Shown piece by piece: positions 26,350 through 40,000 of a stretch of DNA of 64,000 nucleotides. The translations under genes were made by a program, and so were the position numbers. The first letter of the stretch is position 1, and each line of letters starts with the position of its first letter. Source of the stretch: Mobula hypostoma (lineage: Eukaryota); assembly GCF_963921235.1 (NCBI RefSeq), contig NC_086097.1:50036001-50100000 (forward strand), in the 5' to 3' direction. The notes below the pieces were generated by a model that saw only the letters and a program-made list of their open reading frames with translations, was not told the origin of the DNA and ran no database searches.

Positions 26350-27190
26350 TCAAAGTCCAAATTGTCCGTGCTGACCAAGTTGCCCCATTCAAGCTAGTCC
26401 CATTTGACAGTATTAATTCCATAAGCTTCTAAAGCATTTCAATCCATGTATCTGTCCAATTGTCTTTTAAAAATAGCAATTGTATCTGCCTCAATCACTT
26501 CCTCTGTCAGCTGATCCCATATAGAACCACACTTAGTGTAAAATTTTGCCCTTCTGGTTCCTCTTAAATCTTTCTCATTTTAAACCTTAAACCTATGCCA
26601 TCTAGTTCTGATTCCCCAACCCTGCGAAGAAGACTGGGTGCATCCACCCTATCTGTGGCTCTGGATTTTATACACTTTTATAAGAACACCTTCGAGTCTT
26701 CTATACTCTAAGTAACAAAGTCCTAGCCTGGCCAACTTTTCTCTATAGTTCAGTGCCTCAAGCCTTGGCAACATCCTTGTAAATTTTTTCAGTACTCTTT
26801 CCATAGCAGGATGACCAAAACTGAACATAATACTCCGAGTGAGGCCTCACCAGCATCCGACACAACTGCACCATCTTCTCAAAATTTTTATACTCAATGC
26901 CCTGAGTTAGGAAGGCCAACGTGCCAAAAGCTTCTTCATCACCTTGCCCCTCTGTAATTTCACTTTTAGTGAACCATATAAATGTACTACAAGTTCCCTC
27001 TGTTGTACAGTACTATCCACAGCCCTGCCATTCACTCTAAAAGTCTTACCTTGAATGAACTTTACAAAATGCAAAACCTCACACTTACTTGAATTAAACT
27101 CCATTTGCTATTCCTCAGCCTACTTAGCCAGCTTGAAAAAAAAATCCCTTTATAATTTTTGATCACCTTCTTTGTCCACTATACCATTTC
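26350..27190 (-). mobile_element. CR1 3' fragment
   Basis: MEFNSSKCEVLHF motif and CR1-type 3' UTR. Confidence 0.8.
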
Positions 27191-27194
27191 TTTT

Positions 27195-27292
27195 AGATGA
27201 AGGGTCTTGACACAAAATGTCGACTGTCCATTTCCGTCCATAGATACTGCCTAACCAGCTGAGTTCCTCTAGCATTTTTTTGTGTTATTCCC
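27195..27292 (+). mobile_element. Degenerate Penelope-like pLTR fragment
   Basis: gatgaagggtcttg..aaaatgtcgactg...tgcct..gctgagttcct sequence. Confidence 0.55.
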
Positions 27293-28129
27293 TTTAGTTC
27301 ATCAGTACTAGGATTCTTAATATCAATATAAATGTCTGGGGGGAAAAACAGTGTGTTCTGTAGTATTCTTTGAATGTTGCTTGTATTTTGCCAATATCAA
27401 ATTTTCTGTTACAGGCCACTAATCCAGTTTCTCCCCATTTGGAGGGGGGGGCGGTGGTGGTGGTGGCTGTGCGTGTATGCAATTTTAATTGAAAGTTAAA
27501 CTCAGGTGTTTCAATAATGTACAAAGCGGGATAGAGGTATTGTATTTCAAATTGACCGTTACGGAGAGAATAGATGGATGGTGGAGAGAAAAAAATCTAC
27601 GTTGAAGAGTGATATCAACATTCACCATAAATTGATTGATTGGTAGCCCTGTGATGAAACATCTTTCTTAACTTCAGGTAAGTTAAATTGGTCTGGACAC
27701 GTAGTGCACAATAAAAGTGTTATCACACATTAATTGACTGTATTCATAATAGTTCAATGTTATAAAACCATTACTGTATATAAGTCTCAATCACTTCAGC
27801 AAGATCTGAAGCAAGACTTCATTACCAATAATGTCATTTCCAACTGTGCTTCTTTGGAATTCAACATAGTTAATCAATAAATACTTTGATGAAAATAATA
27901 TAAATAAGCCAGTTTTTAAATCTGCAGACAAATCATCGCAAACTCCACATTGTCAACACTGTCCGCATCAGAAACTGGAAAGGGAAATGTGTTTGTGTAC
28001 AATCATGAAATGTACTTAATATGCCAATGAGGTAGAGGGTGACAACCTTTCATGCGCACTTTAATTCCTTGGTTCGCTAGTAGCAAAAGATGTGTGCATG
28101 CATACACGCACACACTTTAGCCGGAACAT

Positions 28130-30320
28130 TGATTGCTACCTGTGTCACATGCTAGTGAGGCCAAAACTAGGAAAATTATACAGTTTAATACATGGCAAAG
28201 AAGTTGGTGTAGGAGGGAGGGCATAAGATTTTTGGATCTATGGGCTCTCCTCCAAGGAAGGTAGGACAGAAGGGACAGTTTGCACCTGAACTGTAGGGGG
28301 ACTAATATCCTAGTGGGAAGGTTTGTTAATGCTGCACAGTGGGGTTTAAACTAGAGTTGCAGTGGGGTGGGAATCAAGTACCAGAACAGTTAGTGGAGTG
28401 GTTATGGAGGCAGATGTCAGCAAGACCTCAGGCAAAGTCAGGAATCAAAAGGTTGAGCATGGTGCGACTAGTGTCCTGTGTTGTGTATAGTTCAATGCAA
28501 GATGTATCATGGGAAAGGTGGATCTCAGGACATGAATAAACACCTGGAATTATGACATTGTAGCCATTCATGAGACTTGGTTGCAGAAGGGGCAGGACTG
28601 GCAGCTCAATATTCTGGGGTTCTGTTGTTTTAGATGTGACAGAATGGGAGGGATTAAACGAGGAGGGCTGGCATTACTAGTCACAGCAGTGCTCTGTCAG
28701 GACAGACTGGAGAACTCGACCAGTGAGGCATTGTAGGTGGAACTGAGAAATAAGAAAGATATGACCACGTTAATGGAGCTATATTACAGTCCACCCAACA
28801 GTCCAAGAGATTTAGAGGAACAAATTTGTAAAGAGATCTCAGACTGTTGCAAGAAACATAAGGTTGTTATAGTAGGTGATTTTAACTTTTCACATATTGA
28901 CTGGGAATCCCATACTGTAAGAGGACTAGATGTGATAGAGTTTGTCAAATGTGCTCAGGGAAGTTTCCTTCATCAGCATGTAGAAGTCTCAATGAAAGAG
29001 AGTGTGATACTGGATCTGCTATTAGGTGACAGAAGTTTGTGTAGGGGAACACTTTGCATCCAGTAACCACAATACTATTAGTTTCAAAGTGAATATGCAA
29101 AAAGATAGGTCTGGTCTATGAGTTGAGATTCTAAATTGGAGAAAGACCAGTTTTGATGGTATCAAAAATGATTTGGCAAGTGTGGATTGGAATAGGCTGT
29201 TTTCTGGTAAAGGGGTACTTGGAAAGTGGGAGGCCTTCAAAAATGAAATTTTGAGAGTACAAAGCTTATCTGCGCAAGTCAGAATAAAAGGTAAAGTTAA
29301 CAAATATAAGGAACCTCGGTTTTCAAGAGATAATGAGGTCCTGGTTAAGAGAAAAAAGAACGTGCACAGGAGGTATAAGGAAGTAGGAACAAATAAGGTG
29401 CTTATGGAGTACAAGAAATGTAAGAGAACACTTAAGAAAGAAATCAGGAAGGCTAAAAGAAGGCATGAAGTTGCTCTAGCAGACAAGGTGAAGGATAATC
29501 TTAAGGGATTCTACAGGTATGTTAAGAGCAAAAGGATTGCAAGGGATAAAGTTGCTCCTCTGGAAGAATAAAATAGTATTCCATGTGTGGAGCAAGACAG
29601 ATAGAGAAGATCATAAATGCATTCTTTACATCTGTATTTACTCGAGAAATGGATAGAGTCGATAGAAGTGAGGCAAAGCAGCATCAACTTCATGAACCCT
29701 GTACAGATTATAGAGGAGGAGATGTTTGCTATCTTGAGGCAAATCAGGGTGGACAGTCCCCAGGGCCTGACAAGGTGTTCCTTTGGATCCTACAAGAGGC
29801 AAGTGCAGAAATTGGTGGGACCCTTACAGAGATATTTTAAAAAGCCTTAGTAACAGGAGAGGTACCAGAGGATTGCAGGGTAGCCAATGTTAATTGGAGG
29901 TTAGCCAAAGGAAAACCAGGAAGTTATAAGCTGGTCAGTCTGATATCAATTGTGGGAACGTTATTGGAAGGTATACTAAGGGACCATATATATAAGTATC
30001 TAAATAGACATGGGCTGATTAAAGATAGTCAGCATGGCTTTGTGCGTGGTAGATCATGTCTAAGCAATCTTACAGAGTTTTTCAAGTAAGTTACAAGGAA
30101 AGAGGATGAGGCCAAGGCAGTGAATGTTGTCTACATGGACTTTAGCACAAGGGAGCTTGATTTCAATGTTTAAGGGAAGTTTGGATAGGTACATGGATAG
30201 TAGGAGTATGGAAGGTTATGATCCCCGTGCAAATCAATGGGAGTAGGCAGTCTAAATGGTTTTAGCATGGGCCATCTGGGCTGAAGGTCCTGTTTCTGGG
30301 TTGTAGTTCTCTATGACTCT
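28130..30320 (+). mobile_element. Decayed CR1 (ORF1 end, endonuclease, partial RT, 3' end)
   Basis: YSPPNSPRD, VGDFNF and KGFYRYVKSK motifs; CR1-like tail. Confidence 0.85.
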
Positions 30321-30332
30321 AAACCTTGTTGG

Positions 30333-30552
30333 TAGAAACCATAGAAACCATAGAAACCATAGAAACTACAGCACAGAAACAGGCCTTTTGGCCCTTCTTG
30401 GCTGTGCCAAACCATTTTCTGCCTAGTCCCACTGACCTGCACACAGACCATATCCCTCCATACACCTCCCATCCATGTATCTGTCCAATTTATTCTTAAA
30501 TGTTAAAAAAGAACCCGCATTTACCACCTCATCTGGCAGCTCATTCCATACT
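30333..30552 (-). mobile_element. Young CR1 3' end, same subfamily as 11862-13114
   Basis: Near-identical reverse complement of ~12915-13114, including the (ccatagaaa)n tail. Confidence 0.9.
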
Positions 30553-31134
30553 TGAAATTAAGAAACCGCAAGGGAAAAAGCCCTTAATGGGAATTATATA
30601 CAGGCCTCTGAACAGTTGTCAGGATGCGGGATACAAATTAAAATGTGAATAGAAAAAACATGTAAAAGGGCAATGTTGTGACCATCATGGTGGATTTCAA
30701 TATGACGGTAATTAGGGAAAATCAGGTTGGTGCTGGATCCCAAGAGAAGAAATTTATAGAATACCAACGAGCTTACCAAGTTTTTAAGAGAAGCTTGTGG
30801 TTGAGCCCATGAGGGAAAAGATAATTCTGGATTGGGTTTTGTGTAATGAACCAAATTTAATTAGAAAGCTTATGATAAAGGAACCCTTGAGAAGCAATGA
30901 TCATAATATGCCAGAATTCACACTACAGATTAAGAGGGAGAAGCTAAAATCAGATGTATCGGTATTACAGCTGAGTAAAGGTAACTACAGAGGCATCAGA
31001 GAGGAGCTAGCCAAATTTGATTGGAAGGGAACACAGACAGGAATGGACGGTAGAGCAGCAAATGTTAGAGTTTCTGGGAATATTTTGGAAGACTCATGAT
31101 TGGTTCTTTCCAGAACAGAAGAAGCATTATAAAG

Positions 31135-31211
31135 CAAGGGTTCGCAACCTGGGGTCCATGGATCCCTTGGTCAATGGTAAGGCTCCATGGCATAAAAATG
31201 GTTGGGAACCT
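31135..31211. mobile_element. 77-bp hAT(Charlie)-type MITE
   Basis: TIRs caagggttcgcaacc / ggttgggaacct; 8-bp TSD TTATAAAG/TTCTAAAG. Confidence 0.6.
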
Positions 31212-32332
31212 TTCTAAAGTGAGTATAAGGTAACCGTGGCTGAAAAGAGAAGCCAAAGACAGCATTAAGGCAAAAGTGAGGGCATGGAATATAACAAAAA
31301 TTAATGGGAAGCTTTTAAAAACCAACAGAAGACAACTATAACAAAGGTTTTTTTTCAAATGTATAAAGTGGAAGCAGTGGACATCGGACCACTGGAAAAT
31401 GACACTGTAGAGGCAGTAACAATGATCAATGAAATGGTGGACAAACTGAATAAGTATTTTGTGTCAGTCCTCACTGTGGAAGAGACTAACAGCATGTCAT
31501 AAATTTGGGAGTGTTGGGACAGAAGTGAGTTTAGTCACTAATACTAAGGAGACAGTGCTTGAAGGCACATGATAAAATAGACTGAAGTCTGTATGGTTTC
31601 TTAAGGGGAAATCTTGCCTTACAAATCTGTTGGAACTCTTTGAGGAAATACCAGGCAGGATAGACAAAGGAATGTTAATGGATGTTGCTTGCTTGGATTT
31701 TCAGAAGACCTTTGACAAGATGCCAAACACAAGGCTATTAAACATGGTATACAACAAAGATACCAGCATAAGGCAAGGATATCAGATACTGGCAGAAGGC
31801 AAAGAATGGGAATTAAGGGGGGATCTTTTCTGGTTGGCTACCAGTGACTACTGGTGAACCGCTGTGTTCAGTGTAGGGTCTGCTATTTTCCACATTGTAT
31901 GCTAATGATCTAGATGATGCAAGTGATGGCTTTTTGACCAAGTTTGCAAATTATGCAAAGATGGGAAGCTTATGTTGAGGAAGCAGGGAGTCTGCAGAAG
32001 GACTTGGACAGAGAATGGGCAAAGAGGTGGCATATGGAATCCAGTGCAGAGAAGTGTTGGGTTATGCACTTTGGAAGAAGGAATAAATGCATCAACTATT
32101 TTCTAAATAGAGAAGGGAGAGTGAATTCAGAAATCGAAGGTGCAAAGGGACTTGGGAGATCTAGTGCAGGATTCCCTAAAGATTAACTTGCAGGGTTGAA
32201 TCATTAGTAAGGGAGGCAAATGCATTCATTAGCATTCATTTCAAGATGACTAGAATATTAAAGCATGAATGCAATGCTGAAATATTGGTCAGACCACATT
32301 TGGAGTACTGTGAGCTGTTTTGGATCCAATAT

Positions 32333-33431
32333 AAACACAAAATAATCTGCAGATGCTGTGATCAAAGCAACACTTGCAGTACGGTGGATGAACTTAGCAG
32401 GTCGGGCAGCATCAGTTAGAAACGATGAATCGACGTTTCGGGCTGGAACCCTTCGTCACGACTGAAGAATGAAAGATGGGGAAGGATTTGAAGAGTGATT
32501 GTAGCTTCAGTTGAAAGACCAGTAATTTGAAAGACAAAGGGGTGGGGATTAACGCGGTGGATCCAGCACATTATCCTCCGCAACTTCCACCACCTTCAAC
32601 AGGACCCCACCACTAAGCACATCTTTCCCTCTCCACCCCTCTCCACTTTCTGCAGGGATCGATCCCTCTGCGACTCCCTTATCCACACGTCCATCCCCAC
32701 TGATCTCCCACCCGGCACTTATCCCTGTAAGCGTAAGTGCTACACCTGTCCCTACACCTCATCTCTTGCAGCCATTCAGGGCCCCAAACAGTCCTTCCAG
32801 GTGAGACAACACTTCACTTGTGAGTCTGTTAGGGTCATTAATTGCATCCGGTGCTCCCGGTGTGGCCTCCTCTACATCGGTGAAACCTGACGCAGATTGG
32901 GGGACTGCTTCGTCGAGCACCTCCACTCCGTCCGCCACAACAGGCAGGATCTCCTGGTAGCCACTCACTTCAACTCTGCTCCCCATTCCCATTCAGATAT
33001 GTCCCTACATGGCTTCCTCTACTGCCATGATGAGGCTAAACTCAGGTTGGAGGAGCAACACCTCATATACCATCTAGGTAGTCTCCAGCCCCTTGGTATA
33101 AACATAGAATTCTCCAACTTCTGGCAATTCCCTCCCCCTCCCTTCCTCTATCCCTATTTCACTTTGCCCCCTCCCCCAGCTCCCGCATGGTTCCGCTTCC
33201 TTCTTCTACTACCCATTGTTTTCAGGGCTATGACGTCAATCCTTCCCCTCCCCCACCCCGTTGTCTTTCAAATTACTAGTCTTTCAACTGAAGCTACAAG
33301 CATTCTTCAAGTCCTTCCCCATCTTTCACTCTTCAGACTTGACGAAGGGTTCCGGCCCGAAACGTCGACTCATTGTTTCTAACTGATGCTGCCTGACCTG
33401 CTGAGTTCATCCAGCGTACTGAAAGTGTTGC
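32333..33431 (+). mobile_element. 5'-truncated Penelope-like element (GIY-YIG endonuclease) with inverted pLTRs
   Basis: CSRCGLLYIGET, FVEHL, VATHFN and QPLGIN motifs; inverted repeat 32350-32548 vs 33248-33431; 13-bp TSD TTGGATCCAATAT (32320-32332 and 33432-33444). Confidence 0.88.
33334..33371 (+). ncRNA. Degenerate hammerhead motif in the Penelope pLTR (second copy on the minus strand at ~32428-32465)
   Basis: UUGACGA-AGGGUUCCGGCCC-GAAAC-GUC-GACU; core position C3 is altered in both copies (U and G). Confidence 0.5.
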
Positions 33432-34031
33432 TTGGATCCAATATGAAAGAATGTGCTGGCATTAGAAAGGGTGGAGAGTTGGTTTTCACGAATGATCCTC
33501 AAAATGAAAGTGTTAACATGTGAGGAACGTTTGATGGCTCTGGGCCTGCACTCACTGGAGTTTAGAAGAATGAGGTGGGAGCTTATTGATCCCACCAGAT
33601 ATTGAACGGCAAAGCCAGAGTGGATGTGGAGATGATGTTTAAAATAGTGGCATTGTCTAAGAAGAGATGGCACAGCCTGAAAATACTGCAGAAGGATGTC
33701 CCTTTAAAGCAGAGAAAAGGAGGGATTTCCTTAACCAGAGGATTGTGAACCTTTGGATTTCTTTCCCACAGATGGCACTGGAGAACATTTAAAGTGACAG
33801 TTGTTGATTTGAAAGAGTATAAAAGCTTACGAGGAAAAGGCAAGGGAATAGGATTCAGAGATAAAATAAATCAGCCCTGATAGAAAAGTGGATCGCATTT
33901 AATAGGCTGAATGGACTAATTCTGCAACTACGTCTTATAGTATTAATTCCAATGTTCCATTATGAACCGCTGTATCTATGGTTGGTAATTCGACTCCAAA
34001 TTTAAAAATTAGATTATATAAATATCAGTAC

Positions 34032-37000
34032 CTGGTTCTCTGGCAGAATCTGAGTCCTGTAAGGGTGAAACGACTTCCTTTGGTGTTGTAAAGCCAAAGT
34101 CCACATCTGGAAATGTAAATGTAGAAACTCCAGTTGCTTGCATTTTAACTTCTGGCATTTTCAAGTGATCTCCATTCACTGTGTTAACATCTATTGAATC
34201 AGTATCCACACTCAGTCTTGCTGCTTCAACATTAAGGCCTGGGCTTTTGAAGCCCACTGGCAAACTTGTAATCTCACTTGTTGTTGCAATATCAGGGGGA
34301 ATAATTCCAAATTTTGACAATTTAAATTTCGCAATTTTTATTTTTCCTCTGCTTCCTTCATCTTCCTCAACAGCACTGTCGAGACAAGCTTCAGATTGCG
34401 GCGGCAAGACTTCAACAGTTTCACGTTTCACATACAAAACAGGTGATATTGCAACAGGTGCAGAACTTTCAACAGGCTTTGTCATTGAAACATTTATCTC
34501 TGGCTTTTTCACATCCATATCCACCTCTGGACCTTTAAATTTGGGAAGAGATATTCCAAATGAAGGCATTTTCATGGATGGCATTTTAAACCCACCACCA
34601 TGACTTTTCATCTTCCCATCAGCGGATTCCATATCCACATCTATTTCAGGTGCCTGGATGTCGGTACTAATGGCTTGAAGGTCCTTTGACATTTCTGGTA
34701 AAGAAACATCAACATCAGGCTTCTCTACGGCCACATCAATGTCAAATTTACCTTCCACCTTCGGGAGAGATACATCTATTGATGGCTTTTCAATCTTTGG
34801 CATTTTTAGACTGACTTCCGGTCCCTCCACATGTGTACATCTGACACCAGTTTCAACTTCTAACTTGCCTGGTTGTATATCGCCTTCTGGAATTTTAATA
34901 TCAGCATCAAGTTTTGGGAGAGTAATATCAGTTTTAGGCAAGCTGACATCAAGACTCATTTTTGGAGATTTAATATCAGGTGCAGAAACTCCAAATTTTG
35001 GGAACTTCATTTTCCCTCTTTTGCGTTCAATATCCACTTGCGATGAATCTACATCAACTTCACACTCTGGAGCGGACACTTCAGGCATTTTGCCCTCTAT
35101 CTCCACTTCAAGCTTTATCATTGAAACATCAATTTCTGGCTTTTTCGCGTCCATATCCACCTCTGGACATTTGAATTTGGGAAGAGATATTCCAAATGAA
35201 GGCATTTTCATGGATGGCATTCTAAATTTATCACCATGACTTTTGATCTTCCCATCAGCAGATTCAATATCCACATCTAGTTCAGGTGCCTGGATGTCAG
35301 TACTAATGGCTTGAAGGTCCTTTGACATTTCTGGTAAAGAAACATCAAAATCAGGCTTCTCTACGGCAACATCAGTGTCAAATTTACCTACCACCTTCAG
35401 GAGAGATACATCTGTTGAAGGCTTTTCAACCTTTGTTGTTTTCAGACTGACTTCCGGTCCCTCCACATGTATACCCCCGATCCCAATTTCACCTTCTAAC
35501 TTGCCTGGTTGTATATCGCCTTCTAGAATTTTAATATCAGCATCAATTTTTGGGAGAGTAATATCAGCTTTAGGCAAGCTGACATCAAGACTCATTTTTG
35601 GAGGTTTAATGTCAGGTGCAGAAATTCCAAATTTTGGCACCTTAAATTTTGGGACCTTCATTGTCCCACTTTTGCCTTCAATATCCACTTGCAATGAATC
35701 TACATCAACTTCACACTCTGGAGCGGACACTTCAGACATTTTGCCCTCAATCTCCACTTCAGGCTTTGTCATTGAAACATCGATGGCTGGCTTTTTTACA
35801 TCCGTATCCATGTCTGGACCTTTGAATTTGGGAAGAGATATTCCAAATGAAGGCATTTTCATGGATGGCATTTTAAACTTCCCACCATGACTTTTCATCT
35901 TCCCATCGGCAGATTCAATATCCACATCTATTTCAGGTGCCTGGATGTCAGTACTAATGACTTGAAGGTCCTTTGACATTTCTGGTAAAGAAACACCAAC
36001 ATCAGGCTTCTCTACGGCCACATCAATGTCAACTTTACATTCCACCTTCGGGAGAGATACATCTGTTGATGGCTTTTCAAACTTTGGCTTTTTTAGACTG
36101 ACTTCCAGACCCTGCACATGTATACCTCCGACACCAATTTCACCACCTAACTTGCTTGGATGTATATCAGCTTCTGGCATTTCAATATCAGCATTTGGTT
36201 TTGGGAGAGTAATATCAGTTTTAGGCAAGCTGACATCAAGACTCATTTTCGGAGCTTTAATATCAGGTGCAGAAATTCCAAATTTTGGCACTTTTGTTTT
36301 TCCTCTTTTGCCTTCAATATCCACTTGCGATGAATCCACATCAAGTTCACACTCAGGAGCGGACACTTCAGGCATTTTGCCCTCGATCTCCAATTCAGGC
36401 TTTGTCATTGAAACATCTATGTCTGGCTTTTTCGCGTCCATATCCACCTCTCGACCTTTGAATTTGGGAAGAGATATTCCAAATGAAGGCATTTTCATGG
36501 ATGGCATTTTAAATTTACCACCATGACTTTTCATCTTCCCATCAGCAGATTCAATATCCACATCTATTTCAGGTGCCTGGATGTCAGTACTAATGGCTTG
36601 AAGGTCCTTTGACATTTCTGGTAAAGAAACATCAAAATCAGGCTTCTCTACGGCCACATCAATGTCAACTTTACCGTCCACCTTCGGGAGAGATTCATCT
36701 ATTGATGGCTTTTCAATCTTTGGCATATTTAGACTGACTTCAGGATCCTCCACATGTATACCTCCGACACCAATTTCACCTTCTAACTTGCCTGGTTGTA
36801 TATCGCCCTCTGGAATTTTAATATCAGCATCAGGTTTTGGGAGAGTAATATCAGTTTTAGGCACGCTGACATCAAGACTCATTTTCGGAGCTTTAATATC
36901 AGGTGCAGACATTCCAAATTTTGGCACTTTCATTTTCCCTCTTTTGCCTTCAATATCCACTTGCAATGAATCCACATCAAGTTCACACTTGGGAGCGGAC

Positions 37001-40000
37001 ACTTCAGGCATTTTGCCCTCGATCTCTGCTTCAGCCTTTGTCATTGAAACATTTATGTCAGGCGTTTTCGCGTCTATATCCACCTCTGGACCTTTGAATT
37101 TGGGAGGAGATATTCCAAATGAAGGCATTTTCATGGATGGCATTTTAAACTTCCCACCATGACTTTTGATCTTCCCATCAGCGGATTCAATATCCACATC
37201 CATTTCAGGTGCCTGGATGTCAGTACTAGTGGCTTGAAGGTCCTTTGACATTTCTGGTAAAGAAACATGAACATAAGGCTTTTCTACGGCTACATCAATG
37301 TCAACTTTACCTTCCACCTTCGGGAGAGATACATCTGTTGATGGCTTTTCAATCTTTGGCATTTTTAGACTGACTTCAGGATTTTCAGGTTTTGGGAGAG
37401 TAATATCAGTTTTAGGCAAGCTGACATCAAGACTCATTTTCGGAGCTTTAATATCAGGTGCAGAAATTCCAAATTTTGGCACTTTAATTTTTCCTCTTTT
37501 GCCTTCAATATCCACTTGCGATGAATCCACATCAAGTTCACACTCACGAGCGGACACTTCAGGCATTTTGCCCTCTATCTCCACTTCAGGCTTTGTCATT
37601 GAAACATCTATGTCTGGCTTTTTTACGTCCATATCCACCTCTGGGCCTTTGAATTTGGGAAGAGATATTCCAAATGAAGGCATTTTCATGGATGGCATTT
37701 TAAACTTCCCACCATGAATTTTGATCTTCCCATCAGCGGCTTCACTATCCACATCTATTTCAGGTGCCTGGATGTCAGTGCTAATGGCTTGTAGATCCGT
37801 TGACATTTCTGGAACTGAAACGTCAACATCAGGCTTCTCAACAGCCACATCAATGTCAACATTACCTTCCACCTTCGGGAGAGATACATCTGTTGATGGC
37901 TTTTCAATCTTTGGCATTTTTAGACTAACTTCAGGACCCTCCACATGTATACCTCTGACACCAATTTCAGCTTCTAACTTGCCTGGTTGTATATCGCCTT
38001 CTGGAATTTTAATATCAGCATCAAGTTTTGGGAGAGTAATATCAGTTTTAGGCAAGCTGACATCAAGACTCATTTTCGGAGCTTTAATATCAGGTGCAGA
38101 AATTCCAAATTTGGGCACATTAAATTTTGGGACCTTCATTTTTTCTCTTTTGCCTTCAATATCCACTTGCGATGAATCCACATCAAGTTCACACTCTGGA
38201 GCGGACACTTCAGGCATTTTGCCCTCAATCTCCACTTCGGGCTTTGTCATTGAAACATCTATGTCTGGCTTTTTCGCGTCCATATCCACCTCTGGACCTT
38301 TGAATTTGTGAAGAGATATTCCAAATGATGGCATTTTCATGGATGGCATTCTAAATTTACCACCATGACTTTTCATCTTCCCATCAGCAGATTCAATATC
38401 CACATCTATTTCAGGTGCCTGGGCTTGAAGGTCCTTTGACATTTCTGGTAAAGAAACACCAACATCAGGCTTTTCTACGACTACATCAATGTCAACTTTA
38501 CCTTCCACCTTCGGGAGAGATACATCTGTTGATGGCTTTTCAATCTTTGGCATTTTTAGACTAACTTCAGGACCCTCCACATGTATACCTCCAACACCAA
38601 TTTCACCTTCTAACTTGCCTGGTTTTATATCGCCTTCTGGAATTTTAATATCAGCATCAAGTTTTGGGAGAGTAATATCAGTTTTAGGCAAGCTGACATC
38701 AAGACTCATTTTCGGAGCTTTAATATCAGGTGCAGAAATTCCAAATTTTGGCACCTTAAATTTTGGGACCTTCATTTTCCCTCTTTTGCCTTCAATATCC
38801 ACTTGCAATGAATCTACATCAACTTCACACTCTGCAGCGGAGACTTCAGGCATTTTGCCCTCGATCTCCAATTCAGGCTTTGTCATTGAAACATCTATGT
38901 CTGGCTTTTTTACGTCCATATCCACCCTTGGACCTTTGAATTTGGGAAGAGATATTCCAAATGAAGGCATTTTCATGGATGGTATTTTAAACTTCCCACC
39001 ATGACTTTTGATCTTCCCATCAGCGGATTCAATATCCACATCTATTTCGGGTGCCTGGATGTCAGTAATAATGGCTTGTAGATCCGTTGACATTTCTGGA
39101 ACTGAAACCTCAACATCAGGCTTCTCTACAGCCACATCAATGTCAACTTTACCTTCCACCTTCGGGAGAGATACATCTGTTGATGGCTTTTCAATCTTTG
39201 GCATTTTTAGACTAACTTCAGGACCCTCCACATGTTTACCTCCGACACCAATTTCACCTTCTAACTTGCCTGGTTGTATATCGCCTTCTGGAATTTTAAT
39301 ATCAGCATCAAGTTTTGGGAGAGTAATATCAGTTTTAGGCAAGCTGACATCAAGACTCATTTTCGGAGCTTTAATATCAGGTGCACAAATTCCAAATGTT
39401 GGCACTTTCATTTTTCTTCTTTTTCCTTCAATATCCACTTGCGATGAATCCACATCACGTTCACACTCAGGAGCGGACACTTCAGGCATTTTGCCCTCGA
39501 TCTCCAATTCAGGCTTTGTCATTGAAACATCTATGTCTGGCTTTTTCGCGTCTATATCCACCACTGGACCTTTAAATTTGGGAAGAGATATTCCAAATGA
39601 AGGCATTTTCATGGATGGCATTTTAAATTTACCACCATGACTTTTCATCTTCCCATCAGCAGATTCAATATCCACATCTATTTCAGGTGCCTGGATGTCA
39701 GTACTAATGGCTTGAAGGTCCTTTGACATTTCTGGTAAAGAAACATCAATTTCACGCTTTTCTACGGCTACATCAATGTCAACTTTACCTTCCACCTTCG
39801 GGAGAGATACATCTGTTGATGGCTTTTCAATCTTTGGCATTTTTAGACTGACTTCAGGACCCTCCACATGTATACCTCCGACACCAATTTCACCTTCTAA
39901 CTTGCCTGGTTGTATATTGCCTTCTGGAATTTTAATATCAGCATCAGGTTTTGGGAGAGTAATATCAGTTTCAGGCAAGCTGACATCAAGGCTCATTTTC

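Larger units (their letters stand above)
30553..33940 (+). mobile_element. Decayed CR1 of another subfamily, hosting a MITE and a Penelope element
   Basis: ILDWVLCNEP, LDFQKTFDK and RPHLEYC motifs; 3' UTR ending ~33940. Confidence 0.8.

Noticed and set aside
27300..28120. Non-TE intronic island with a plus-strand donor-like cag|gtaagt at 27678
   Set aside because: No convincing ORF or acceptor, and no AHNAK-like minus-strand exon found; could be chance.
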